From Girardia tigrina (lineage: Eukaryota): DNA of 49,437 nt. Made by a program: the position numbers and the translations under genes. Location of the stretch: positions 1-49,437 of the forward strand of contig MQRK01230274.1 in the NCBI GenBank assembly GCA_001938485.1, in the 5' to 3' direction. The notes beneath the pieces were generated by a model. It did not search any database, was not told the origin of the DNA, and saw only the letters and a program-made list of their open reading frames with translations. Below, piece by piece: positions 37,900 through 49,437 of the stretch. Numbering within the stretch: the first letter of the stretch is position 1; the number at the start of each line of letters is the position of its first letter.

Positions 37900-39060
37900 A
37901 TCCTTCGATTTTCGAAACGGCTTTGTGGTTTTACTCTGGGATTTAGGTTTTTACTCTCATTTCGTAATCGAGGAAACGTCATTTTGGAATAAAAAAACAA
38001 AACAAATAAAGTTAAACTATTCATTGATAAACTGCATACAATTTCAACATAAAATAAAAAAGTCACAATACTTGATATAAAATTTGTATTTAGTTTCCAT
38101 CAATAATTGGTTCCGAACGTAGATATTTTGGAAAAAAATCATCATATTGCTATAATAAACATTACAATTCACCTCACTTATTAGGCTTGCGAAATTCCTC
38201 ATACTATTCAATAATTGCTCTTCATTATTAGGAAGAGATTCTGCAACTAGTAATTTCCACTTTGCAAACACAAGCTCGATAGGATTCACTTCTGTTTTCA
38301 AAGGGCTTATCTGGAACTAAATATTTTACAATACCATGCTTATTCATGGCACAACAGACTGCAATATTCTTAGATCTCATACCTGGCTCAATATAACAAG
38401 CAGGTGTTCCTTTAATGAGCGCCAATCTTATTCCTCATCATCACATTAAAACCCAATTCGTCAATGAATATTATATCGGATCTGATTGAGTAAGTATTTC
38501 ATAAAAATTTGCTGCTTATTTTTGTGTTTGATCAACAACTTCCGGTTTACGTCTTCTCGCAGATATAACTGTCACTCTTTTTAAAGTGTATGAGAAGTTT
38601 TTAATATATTTACTGGTAATTTTATTTTTATTAGTAATTTTTTTATTGGTAATTTTAAAGGTGATGCCGCAGTCATCATCAATACATAAATGCTGTTTGC
38701 TCTGAATTTAATGATTTTTTTTCTTTTGTTCAACTTTTAAATTTTTCTCATAGCGGCCTTCTTCTTTATATATCGTAATGATCGACGCAACGGTAGTGTA
38801 TGGGTTATTAAAAATATCTGCAATCGATTTAATAGATTTTCCTGAATCGTAAGCATCCACTATTAATTTTCTCATTTCGTTTGATATTGCCATTAAGGAT
38901 ATCTAAAATGTAACAAAAAAATTAATTTAAATTTTGTAAAAAAAATTTTATACATATAAAGTCACTTTTATTATCTTTATTTTAGAAATTGTATAACTTT
39001 TTTTATTACGAAATGACGTTTCCTCTATTACGAAATGAGAGGTAAAACCATGTATCAGTG
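37900..39060 (-). mobile_element. IS630/Tc1-like transposon with broken transposase
   Basis: HTH ORF 38708-38893; DIIFIDELGFN (~38450-38480); NPIELVFAKWK (~38255-38285); inverted repeats TCTCATTTCGTAATCGAGGAAACGTCATTT (~37955) / AAATGACGTTTCCTCTATTACGAAATGAGA (~39011). Confidence 0.88.
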
Positions 39061-39152
39061 CAAAAATTGGGATTATGGAAAAATTCGAAAAGACATTTAC
39101 AATTAAAAATTGTTTTAAATATTCATCGTTTCATGTATTACCCTAAACTATT

Positions 39153-39800
39153 TGTGAGTAATATATTTAATTGTGTAAGCACGTGATGTGTTTATTTGAC
39201 TGTGCTGAAGTCGTAATTGTGATTATCGAACCAAGTTGAGAAATTGGTACTTTATTGTGTTTGCGATAACTGATCATTCAAACAAAATTTATATTTTTTA
39301 ATTAATGAAAATTTAATAAATTAATAAAATTAAAAATTAATAATATATGGTAATTTCTAATATAAGTAATATTTTTCAAAATTAAAATTAATGTTTCAAT
39401 TAAAGACATTTTGGAGATTTGAATAATTTAAAAATTAGTTTAATTATCTTTTTATAATTTAATAAAATATTTTAAAGTTAAAATAATAATTTATTTGCAA
39501 ATGAGGATTTTTTTTGAATAACCATTATTATAAATTCAAAGGTTATATTAATTAGAATGATGACAAATGATGAAAGAACTTCCGAGAGTTGTGATGACTC
39601 TAAATGTGATATTAATAAATTTTTGCAGAGTAATTGTGTATGTGCTCTTAACACTATGAACTATAATAAATACTTTAAAAAATTGTAATAAAGATTCATC
39701 TATACATATAAATGTATACAATTGGCTCTATGTAAATCAACAAGTCTCTCATACAATATTATTAAAAATATATTTACACAACCAATTATTCTTCAGAATA
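39153..39800 (+). repeat. TGTGAG-terminated family B, diverged terminal fragment
   Basis: TGTGAGTAATAT start; degenerate motif ending GAAATTGGTAC; ORF start MMTNDERTSESCDDSKC at 39557, close to the 20037 copy. Confidence 0.72.
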
Positions 39801-41296
39801 GTGACTGAGACAACTTCTATTTTTTCAAAAAATATTTATATTTGCATATAAATAAAACCAAATTAAAAATCAATTAAAATATTCATTTTCAACAGTGTAA
39901 TTTGATATATGAAATAAAAAATTATCTCAATATTAAAATAATTTTATTTATATTTTTGAAAAATATAAATCAAGCATAAAATTATTTTTTTATAAAATAA
40001 TATAGAAAACAATAAAACAAATCAACTGACGAACTTGATATTATTATTATTAAAAATAATAATATTTATATTATAATATCAAATTTGTTATATTTTAATA
40101 TTTTTATGCAATTTTTTTTTCTTTTTAAAATTATTGTAAATTTTCTTTTGTAATAAAATATTTACTAATTTTCGTAGTGTAAAAATGTAGTACTCCATTG
40201 GGTGTTTGAATGCCTTTCATGTATTTTCAGATCTGTCTATTCCAATCTTCACGAATGCCATTCAGTAGGCTGTTAGTTCTGGGACAATAATAATTTCGAA
40301 TAATAATCGAATATAGTGCCTGTAAATCGGTCTCACAGAGCGATTTATATAGGAAAGCAAAGTACGGTGTCAATGAATCCATGAATATTTTTGCACCGTT
40401 CCAATCACCAGTTTTATAAAGAAATGACACTGTTGTAATTAAGGATTATCTAAATAATCACTAGTCAATTTTTACTTCCTCAACGTGATCAACAATCAAG
40501 TTTCCGTTCTCTTTTAGTTTCGGTGATAAATTTGGTAACTTTTTAATCAGTACACTATTTTTATAAACTTTCACCTTCGCTAAGATCGTTATCTTCGATT
40601 TTCTGAGAACCCCCAAAACACTCCAATACGACATCACCGCCACCGCGATTCCACACTGACTTGGCGATCAACATGACTAATTTTATAATTTTATTAATTG
40701 TAAAAATCAAATATTTTTTTCCAAATTTCCAATTGTCGGATGGAAAATAGTGAAAAAGACTTATTTTATTGTTAATGAATGAAGACAGTATTTACCAAAA
40801 GAGACAAGGTTAAAGAAACATAAAGAATTACGCAACGATAAAATGCTAAGTATTTATTGAGGATTAATATTAAAAGTGAATGTACATCTAAATAATATAC
40901 TTCCTTTTTCCTTTAAGATAAAAAAATATATATATTTTTAAATAATAAATTATGAAATATTAAAAATTTGATATAAATGATTTCCTAATTTATCAGTGAG
41001 ATCTTTCATTTAGCTTCTGTTTTTCTGTGAAAAGATGAAAGGGAGAGTAATTATTTACCAAAATTATTCAAAAACAGCGACCATTTTCTATCAAAATCTC
41101 TGAAAGAAATATCGGTATAAAAATAATAATTTTATAACAAAAAAAGAGAAGACATTAAAAATCATACTGAAAATTAATCTCATCTTTCTGCACGCCGCGT
41201 GTTGTTTATGTGGAAATGCATTGGAATTATTATATGGAATTATTTCTGGATAATCGTTATTTTATAAGATTCCTTTTAGTTTTTATTTATTGATAT

Positions 41297-41625
41297 AATC
41301 AGATCCGAAAAATATAATATTCATTGACGAAGTGGGTTTTAATGTGATAATGAGGAATAAGATTGGGTGCTCATTGAAAGGTACACCTGCTAGTTATATT
41401 GAGCCAGATATGAGATCTAAGAATATTGTAGTCTGTTGTGCCATGAATAAGCATGGTATTGTAAAATATTTAGTTCAAGATAAGCCCTTTGAAAACAGAC
41501 GTTTTTGCATCTTTATTAAGCAGTTATTTAAAGAAAATTTAGCACACAAAGCCATAATAGTAATGGATTACGCATCTTTCCATAAGCATGCCAATACCAA
41601 AGAAATTTTTAACGCGAATGTCTCA
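41297..41625 (+). mobile_element. Second fragment of the IS630/Tc1-like transposase
   Basis: IIFIDEVGFN..GTPASYIEP..KNIVVCCAMNKHG..IIVMDYASFHK; close to 38290-38490(-) and retains the second Asp region deleted there. Confidence 0.9.
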
Positions 41626-42272
41626 AAACACGGGCTCCGATGACTTGTCTCAGACTTCATTTTCTTTGGAAGTTATTCACACAGAAGCCGCTATTCTGAT
41701 AAATTTCCCTTACTATCAAATAGATAGAGAATTTTCAATGTCTCGTTTATAGTCGTAATATTTAATTGAAGCTGTTCTTTATATTTTTGTCACAAATTTA
41801 GGTTTTCTTAAGAATGTTTCGAATAGAAGTCACATGTCTACCTGGAAAAAATGTGGCTAATTATTTTTTCCAGCTTTCTTGTGTTAATGGATTAAAACAC
41901 TTGATAGGCTTTTTTACTGACATTCGTAGCATTTATCAATGCTTTTTTGATGTTCTTTCTCTCTATTGTTGAGATTTCAAGCATTATTTCTTGTAACTGT
42001 CTTGATAAATTTTTTCTTGTATTCCTGATCTCTACATCAAAAGCGTAAGTCTTTCCATGTTTAATTCGAGCAATCTGATCATAGACTGTCGGATTGAAGG
42101 CACATTTATGCCAAAATAATCTTTAATTGCTTTAAAGATTTGAAACTCATTTGAGAAAATGACAAAATTAGCGAAATGTTTATTCACTGCATGCAATACA
42201 TACGGAAAATAATACACTAAAATGAATGGCATAACATATTTAGTTTCAAAATTAATCATAGCGAAAAAAATT

Positions 42273-43594
42273 GACCCTGTTTTTTTGACCCTGCTTTGTT
42301 TTGACCTGAGTTTTAGTTTAATTTTCAGTTTAGTTTAATTTAATTATTTTTTTTTATTTTTGATGGTTTTGAACCCATTTTTTAGTTTAAGTTAATTACA
42401 TTTTTCTTTTAAACGGTTTTGGTCCTATTTTTTTATAATTTAATTTTATGAACTTTTTAGGGGCATTAAGAAAACACGAACCTTTTTTATAACAATTGGA
42501 AAACACGAACATTTCGTATAAAAATTGGACAACATGAACTTTGATTATAAAAATTGGAAAATACGAAGTTTTTTTTAAAAATTGGAAAACACATTAACTT
42601 TTTCTTCAAAATTGGACAAACTAACTTTTCTTTGATAAATGAATTGATAAAAAAATTAATGAAAATTTAAAACACGATTTTGAATATTTTTATTTTAGAC
42701 GGTGTCGACTCCTATTTTTAAATTTTTTAAATTTAAATGAATTACTTTTTTTTATTTTAGATAATTTTTTACTTAATTTTATTATTGTTGTTTAAGCAAA
42801 GACTTTTCGGTAAAATTTTTAATTAATTTAATTTAACTATTAGGCTAAATTATTTTTCAAAAATGGACTAGATTTTATCCAAACAAGGGAAAAGAATGTA
42901 CGCACATGAAGAGTATTTGTACTCTTTCACAAAGAATTTTGCCGACAACAGTCAAATTACTGTAAGGGCAGAATTTGAACAAAGGTAGAAAATGGTGAGT
43001 TTTTAACTATTGTAACAGTCCATTGCCACGACTCTTGTGTAACAAACGTAAAAAGTAGCTCGACGAATTACAAAAATTAAAGAACGTGCTGTTGCAACTC
43101 AAGAAATTCTATCCCAAAATATGAATGAATGTTCACAAAATATTCTACTGTCAGTACAAGGGATTTTTCCAAGACATAATGTAATACGTCAAGTGATCCA
43201 GCGCATCAGAAATGCCTATAACACGGTCCCGGTTCAGCCAATTAATAGAGAATCCATTGAATTACCTGAATCATTTACTCTTTTTGAGAAGTTTCCGAAC
43301 CATTTTGAGAAATTCTTGTTGACTGACTCTGGGTTAGGAGACCATGATATAATTTTAATTTTCGGACGCGAAAGCATTGAACTTTGGTTAGATCATGTTC
43401 GAAAAATCTATGTTGACGGAACTTTTAGCTAGAAGCCACATATGTTTTCTCAAGTGTTTGTTATTTTGGCTGAACGTGGAGAGTTTGTTTTACCAATTAT
43501 GTATGCTCTTTTGCCACACAAAACTGCTGAGACGTATGTAGAATGCAGAGAAACAACCGGAGTCAAAACGGTAGGGTCAAAACAAACTGCTTCC
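42273..43594 (+). mobile_element. Mutator-like element (MULE) with truncated transposase
   Basis: 42863-43540: KQGKRMYAHEEYLY (FLYWCH-like start), IFG..IYVDGTFS*KPHMFSQVFVI..PIMYALLPHKTAETY; inverted termini built of TTTTGACCC repeats; AAAAATT on both flanks. Confidence 0.88.
42468..42630 (+). repeat. ~30-bp subterminal tandem repeat (AAAATTGGAAAACACGAAC...) in the MULE
   Basis: Five to six degenerate units readable directly. Confidence 0.8.
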
Positions 43595-43878
43595 AAAAAT
43601 TATATATAACATTTTCAATCTCTCCACTGACTTTGCATACGAGTAATCAGGAAACATGGTTTTTGTAGGGAAGTCAACTCTAAATAGTTTATAACTCAAA
43701 TCAATTAAACTTAAATCAATACAACTGTAGATATCAAACCTTTTTAAATCAACTTAAAAACATTTAACACTTTATAATCATAATTTATTTTTAAAATAAC
43801 AAATATTTATAAAATAAAAATTAACTTTTCTTAAATCTAATTTTTTTTAATATTTTTGTATTCTAAAAATGATGACCG

Positions 43879-43982
43879 TTTAGGGTTTAGGGTTAGTGTT
43901 TAGCTAGGATTAAGGTTAGGGTTATTGTGAGGGTTAGGGTTAGGGTTAGAGTTAGGGGTTTTGATTAGGGGTTATGGTTAGG
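43879..43982 (+). repeat. Degenerate interstitial (TTAGGG)n tract
   Basis: Several exact TTAGGG units among single-base variants. Confidence 0.85.
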
Positions 43983-44429
43983 ATACTGAAACGTATGGAA
44001 TTTACATTTAAATAAAATTAATTTCAGATAATAATAACATCTAATTTTAAATGTTTAAAATATATTGCAATAATTTCATTTGTAATACTTAGCAATTGTT
44101 ATATTTTGTCCTAGTTATGTTTTGTTATGGAAGGTCTAATAATATATACACAAATATATCAAATTAGTCAACATTCAGTCCTAATTAACCCTCTGAACAA
44201 ATAATACTTTCTTCAAAATGTTTTCGCTGATCGGAAATGTGAAAGTTTTAATATTATGATCCAATATGACATTACAATATATGAATGTAGCAGGAGCCTC
44301 ATATTCAAATGAGTACTTGGACCAGAATGCAATGTTATGAATATTGTAAGTAGCGTTTATGCTATCTTCATTATTATCATATTCAGAAGTCATAATTTAC
44401 AACCACAAAATTGAATAGTATCACATCTC

Positions 44430-45036
44430 CCACTTTTCAAACAAATTTTCATTAATTAAAATTCTCGACTCGCCTCATAAATTTTATTTTACTTTCAATT
44501 TGTAAAAAAAACATAATTTATTATATTCTATAACTTATTTTTGACATTTTTCTATTTAAAATTTTTATTATTTTTAAAAAAATATTTTTTTAATTATATG
44601 ACAAATAAAATTAATTTATTTCATAAAATCCAATGAATGTGTAAAAACTTCAAAAATATTCATTATTAAACACATTTTATTTGCTTAAAATTTTATTTAA
44701 ACTAAGTTTTTATTATGTATTTTTAAAAAATATTCTAAACACATTAAAACTAATTTTACATTTATAAACATCTAATTATAAAATTAATTTGTAAAAAAAC
44801 TATTTAATTTCGTAAAAACTTTTGTAGCAGCTTGATATATAAATTTACGCAAAACCTTTATTTATTATATTATTTCTTTTAAAATTTTTATTTTAAAATT
44901 TTCAACTGAAATATATCAACTTTTAAATATTTTTGATTTTAAAACTCTGTTTTTAATTATTTAATTTTTGCAAAATTTTTAAATTAAAAACATTTAATTA
45001 TTCTGCGAATCGAAAATTTAAACTAACCCCTCTTAA
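44430..45036 (+). repeat. Diverged relative of family A
   Basis: Right end AATTATTCTGCGAATCGAAAATTTAAACTAACCCCTCTTA resembles 33124-33163; weak internal similarity at 44440-44485. Confidence 0.55.
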
Positions 45037-45219
45037 ATATCTTACCCAGTTCTGCCGCTGAAGGAAAACAAAACATCGGGATCTCATTTTTGACACTACT
45101 TTCACTATTGTATTACATTTTGTATACTTCATTTTTTACGCAACAACTTTTAAAACAATTGTTTTTTTATATACAATATAAACAATTCCAATATTATACT
45201 TGTATAATAAATCAGATTA

Positions 45220-46304
45220 TTAGGTTGTCAAGTATTAAATTCGTATGTATGACTACAAATAATTGAAATAGTTATATAATTTGACCATGACTCAGTTCTT
45301 TTTGTTTGATTGCTGCATATCTTGGTTATTGAACACATCAATAAAAATTAATTAAAAATATTAATAACTTGTTTTAAAAATCAGTATTTTAAAAAGTGGA
45401 AAAGGTATAAATTCGAATTATTAGGAAATATGAGTTCCTGTAGGTTAACTCAGCATCAGGAACCATACACAACAGCAATAGTGTATAGAAATACAATGCT
45501 TCAGTGCAGCAGACAGTCTCAAATTGGTTCAGGAAATTCTTAAAAGGTAATTTTAACCTAAATAATGAGTCTCAGGGTCGTCCAGACAATAAGAACTGAA
45601 GGTAACCGAGCAGTCGGATCACAAAGTGCTCATGATTTATTGCTCACGTTTGATGTTACAAAGCAAGGAATATTGAATAATTTGGCTGAAATTGGTAAAG
45701 TTACTTAAATGTTAAGAAAAAACAAAAGCGTTTGGATACTTATTTGATGATGCATTCTCGTTATAATTATTATCGCTTTTTAAATCGAATCGTTACTTGT
45801 GATGAAAAGTTGATCCAATGTGATAATCGCAAACGTTTAGCAAGTACCAAAAACATAGTACAAAGTACAATATTCATCAAAAAAGGCTGATGGTGAGTGT
45901 TTGGTGGTCTGCTGTAATTGTAATTCATTATGGCTTCATGTAAACTGGTTCATTGATTACAGCTGATGTCCAATGCAAACCAATTGTAATATATGATACA
46001 AAAACTCAAAGAAAAACAGCTACGTTTGGTAAACAGATAGACTCCAATCTTTCTCCACGACATTTGAACAAATTTTTGATAGGAAAAAAATTAATTTCGA
46101 GGATACCGTGAAGATGGCTGTCTAATAATTTATTGATTCTCGTCCACCAATTTTTTATTTAAAGGGGATCAACAAGCTGTAGCTCCAATGACAAGTTTGT
46201 CGATAATATGGGTGTATACTTTGATGAATGACATAAATATTTGTATTGGTAAATTATCAATAAACTTTACTTTATTTCTACAAATTTCATACTTGACGAC
46301 CTAA
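45220..46304 (+). mobile_element. Mariner element with decayed transposase
   Basis: TIRs TTAGGTTGTCAAGTAT(T/G)AAATT / AATTTCATACTTGACGACCTAA, TA TSD; RIVTCDEK at ~45786. Confidence 0.9.
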
Positions 46305-46781
46305 TACAATGGGAGTCATAGAAAATATTCTTATTACAACAATTTTATACCAAAATTATTTGTTCAAATCAATAAAACTTGACCAAGCTGAATGTATTTC
46401 GTTTATGATAATTTAATTGATCGTAACAGATCGGAAATCGTGGTCCAATAAATCATTGAACAGATCAGGAGGTTAAAAAGTTACATATTTTTCTTATAGT
46501 AATAATTTAGAAAAAATAAATAAAATTAATAAAATATCACATTATAAATTAAATGTTTAATGCGATTTTCAAAAAAAATTGTCATAGTTTCAGTTAACCT
46601 AACAATTCATAAATTTAATTACAACTCGAATTTGTGAAAGAAATATAATCATAAATAATATATAAAAAATTTTAATTGAAACTAAATGATTAATTAAAGA
46701 AAGTAATTTTTGTTTTAACCACAAAGTGAAAACAATTAATTCTTTTTGATTTTTTTATCGGTAAGATAAATTAAGAAAATT

Positions 46782-46820
<39 letters not shown>

Positions 46821-48204
46821 TTTTATTAAAAACAAATTAAATAATTAAAATTTTATTTTTAAAAAAGTATTAAAAAATTTAAAAAAACATTTTTCTGGCA
46901 AAATAATTTGTTTTATTCAGTTACAAATTTTAAAAATAAAAATTAGAAAAAAATGATTTAATTAAAATAATTAATAATTACTTTTTAATTAAATTTATAA
47001 TTGATTCAAACATTTTTTTATAATTTATTATCATCATTAGCCCTTTTTTATTTTATTATTATTATTATTATAGTTATTTTTCAATATAATAATATTATTT
47101 TTAAAGTTTTTTTTACTAAAAATTATATTTTTTTATTATATATAAAATCGGAAAGCAACTCACCGAGAAACTGGTATGAAAAATTTTTTTACACAATTTA
47201 TTGCACAATTCCATTTCTTATAAATGAGTTTGAAATGGGAATCCGATTGGTCAAAATCGACATGAATATCTGATCAGATCATAAACGATTCTGTCCGAGG
47301 ATGATCTGTTCTATTATCAAATTCAATTTGTCAGTAAATTGCGTTCATTTCACTCTTTCTGCCACGACGAGAGAACTCCACCTATTAACGCTGCAGATTG
47401 AGATGGAGAGAGGAAACTCTAATTTCTATGAGAAATATTTGTTCTAATCCACAATGAAAGCAAAAATGGTTACTACAGTAACGAAAATAAGCTAGATGAT
47501 AATACGACAGTCATGAAATTCTAATTTTGTCATCAATAAATGAATATAATTAGTGTGTTAATAGCAGACACAACATGGCATACTTGGACCGTCAAGCTTA
47601 TATCGTTTAGTTTTAGGCGTAAGGCGTTGGCTTTTTTGGGAAAGACAGAACGGTATTCAAATTACCACTATGTTTTTATAGAAGATATGCAGAATCGACT
47701 TCGGTCATTGCAAAATATATTATTTATATTTTTAGTTTGTTTATAAAATTTTGTGAGTAGTATATGATGTTGTTTATATATAATATTTATTTTATATAAT
47801 TACGTGAGATTCTATCATATGGTCGTTTGGTGACAAATCAAACATTAATTATAGAACGAGATAAAATATTTGATAACTCAAAACAAGGGTTAAGTATAAA
47901 CTATCGGTTTTTGCCGAGTAATTTGATATTTATATTCGTTAGATAAAATTTATTGAATTTTGAAGGAGTTTTAGTTTTTTAGTGTGTTTTATTTATAAAT
48001 TAAAAATAAAAATAATAATAATAATAATAATAATTCCGACAGATTTTGATTTTCTTGACAAGAATTATTTTATTAATTATAAAAAAATCGTCATCATGTT
48101 TTTTTATAATTAATTTATAATAAAAAATATTAGAGGAGCCAATAAGTAATCGATTATTTAAATGGCAACAAAAAGAGTATAATTACATTTCATTTTATTT
48201 TTAA

Positions 48205-48290
48205 TCAATAGAATGGTGTTTCTCCCACCCAGATGGAAATTGGTATTTTTTAAAATTTAAAGTGATTGACTATTCGAACATAATTTTCAT
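48205..48290 (+). repeat. Family B internal motif fragment
   Basis: GGTGTTTCTCCCACCCAGATGGAAATTGGTATT...GTGATTGACTATTCGAA matches 15408-15470(-) and 20298-20370(-). Confidence 0.75.
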
Positions 48291-48370
48291 CTTTTTTTCA
48301 TCTTTTGAGAGAGTTTTAATTCCTTGTTTATAAATTTTAGTTTCTTATTCGAAAAAATATTCTTCTAGGT

Positions 48371-48403
48371 CAGCGGCTCCCAAACCAAGCTTGCAAACCG
48401 CTG
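48371..48403. mobile_element. 33-bp hAT remnant (TIRs only)
   Basis: CAGCGGCTCCCAA ... TTGCAAACCGCTG flanked by TTCTAGGT / TTCTATGT (8-bp TSD, 7/8 match). Confidence 0.7.
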
Positions 48404-48904
48404 TTCTATGTCAATTCGAACCTCAATGAAATTTTAAAAAATTTTATTTTTCAGGAATAAATGAAAATTGGATAGTTCTATGTCTGGTTAAAATGGAGTG
48501 TTAGGATTTCTGGTAAATTTAAAAATTTTGAATATTTCATTTTTTAACATCTAAAATATTTTAACTCCAGTATTTAATTAAAATGCAGTGAAGCAAAATT
48601 TAAATCTAAGTTAAAAATAAACAAGTGTTATTTAATTAAATTATAATAAATAATTAAACTTAAGTTTTTTTTAACAAATTTAAAAATTAATTATTAAATT
48701 CTATGTTTAAAATCAAGAATTAAGTTCTAACAAAAGTTTTCGAAAATAACGAATTATGTTACAAATAAATTTAAATGGAAGATTAAATTAAAATACAAAT
48801 AATAAAATTGTACAATATTAAAGAAACGAAAATTTTGTAAATCCTTTGAAAAGGTAGTATTAAAAAAGTTATGAAAAGAATTATGAATTTTGATTTTAAT
48901 CTCG

Positions 48905-49125
48905 AACCCAATATGGAGGATGTAGTAAAACTTCCCAGTTTAGGTGCCTTATTTTTTCTTATGTTAATTTGTCTGCTACCTGCAAAACATCGTCATGTTG
49001 CAATATGGCTCCTTTTCAGTTGACCAGACCTTGTCGTTTTAACAACAATTGCTTGTGCAATCTATGCAATTTTTGGCAATACAATTAAGTGGTCGCGTTG
49101 CGATTCCATTTTTGCCCATTTTTTG
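48905..49125 (-). mobile_element. Mariner transposase fragment
   Basis: GLVN*KGAILQHDD...LNWEVLLHPPYW (cf. LVNRKGVILQHDNA..WEVLPHPPYS). Confidence 0.8.
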
Positions 49126-49437
49126 AACCCATTTGTTAAAATAAAATCAATATTTTTAAATAATTTAATTAAAATAATTAATAAGGAAAACTAATTAAAA
49201 ATAAAAATTAAATTAAAAATTATAAAATTAACTTAATTAAATAAAATATATAATTATATATATATAAATAAATATACATGTGGTCATCGCGTTCATATGG
49301 TTTTGCGATGATGTATCCACCATTTGGAGTCAGCTTTCTTTTCTCTGTTTGTCATTTAAAGTAAAAAACACAACGGTTCCATTATTCGTACTCTCACAAA
49401 ATTATTATTATTACTACTTCAACGCGCTAATATTAGA

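Noticed and set aside
42468-42630. CRISPR-like repeat array
   Set aside because: Degenerate tandem units without unique spacers, inside a MULE, in a eukaryotic context
44181-44393. 70-aa ORF as a host exon
   Set aside because: No recognisable motif or partner exons; cannot be supported without a search

Overview
Very AT-rich, repeat-saturated eukaryotic (invertebrate-like) scaffold segment with three N gaps. No intact host gene is supportable. The window is mostly nested transposon relics: several Tc1/mariner/IS630 elements, a Gypsy pol fragment, a MULE, a Chapaev3-like element, non-LTR RT relics and MITEs. It also has Penelope-like (GIY-YIG) retroelement pieces carrying two distinct families of minimal hammerhead ribozymes, one copy arranged as a ~330-bp palindrome nested in the (TA)n tract of the other family. 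Less expected items are: an abundant unclassified TGTGAG-terminated repeat superfamily with a conserved motif, a putative intron and a conserved ORF start; a 5S rRNA-derived head on a probable LINE 5' region; an MCM9-like pseudogene fragment; an unknown reading frame split by the MULE; and interstitial TTAGGG repeats. The composition and TE mix are compatible with a planarian-type genome, but the organism cannot be determined from the sequence alone. All alignments were done by eye; boundaries without TIR/TSD support are approximate.
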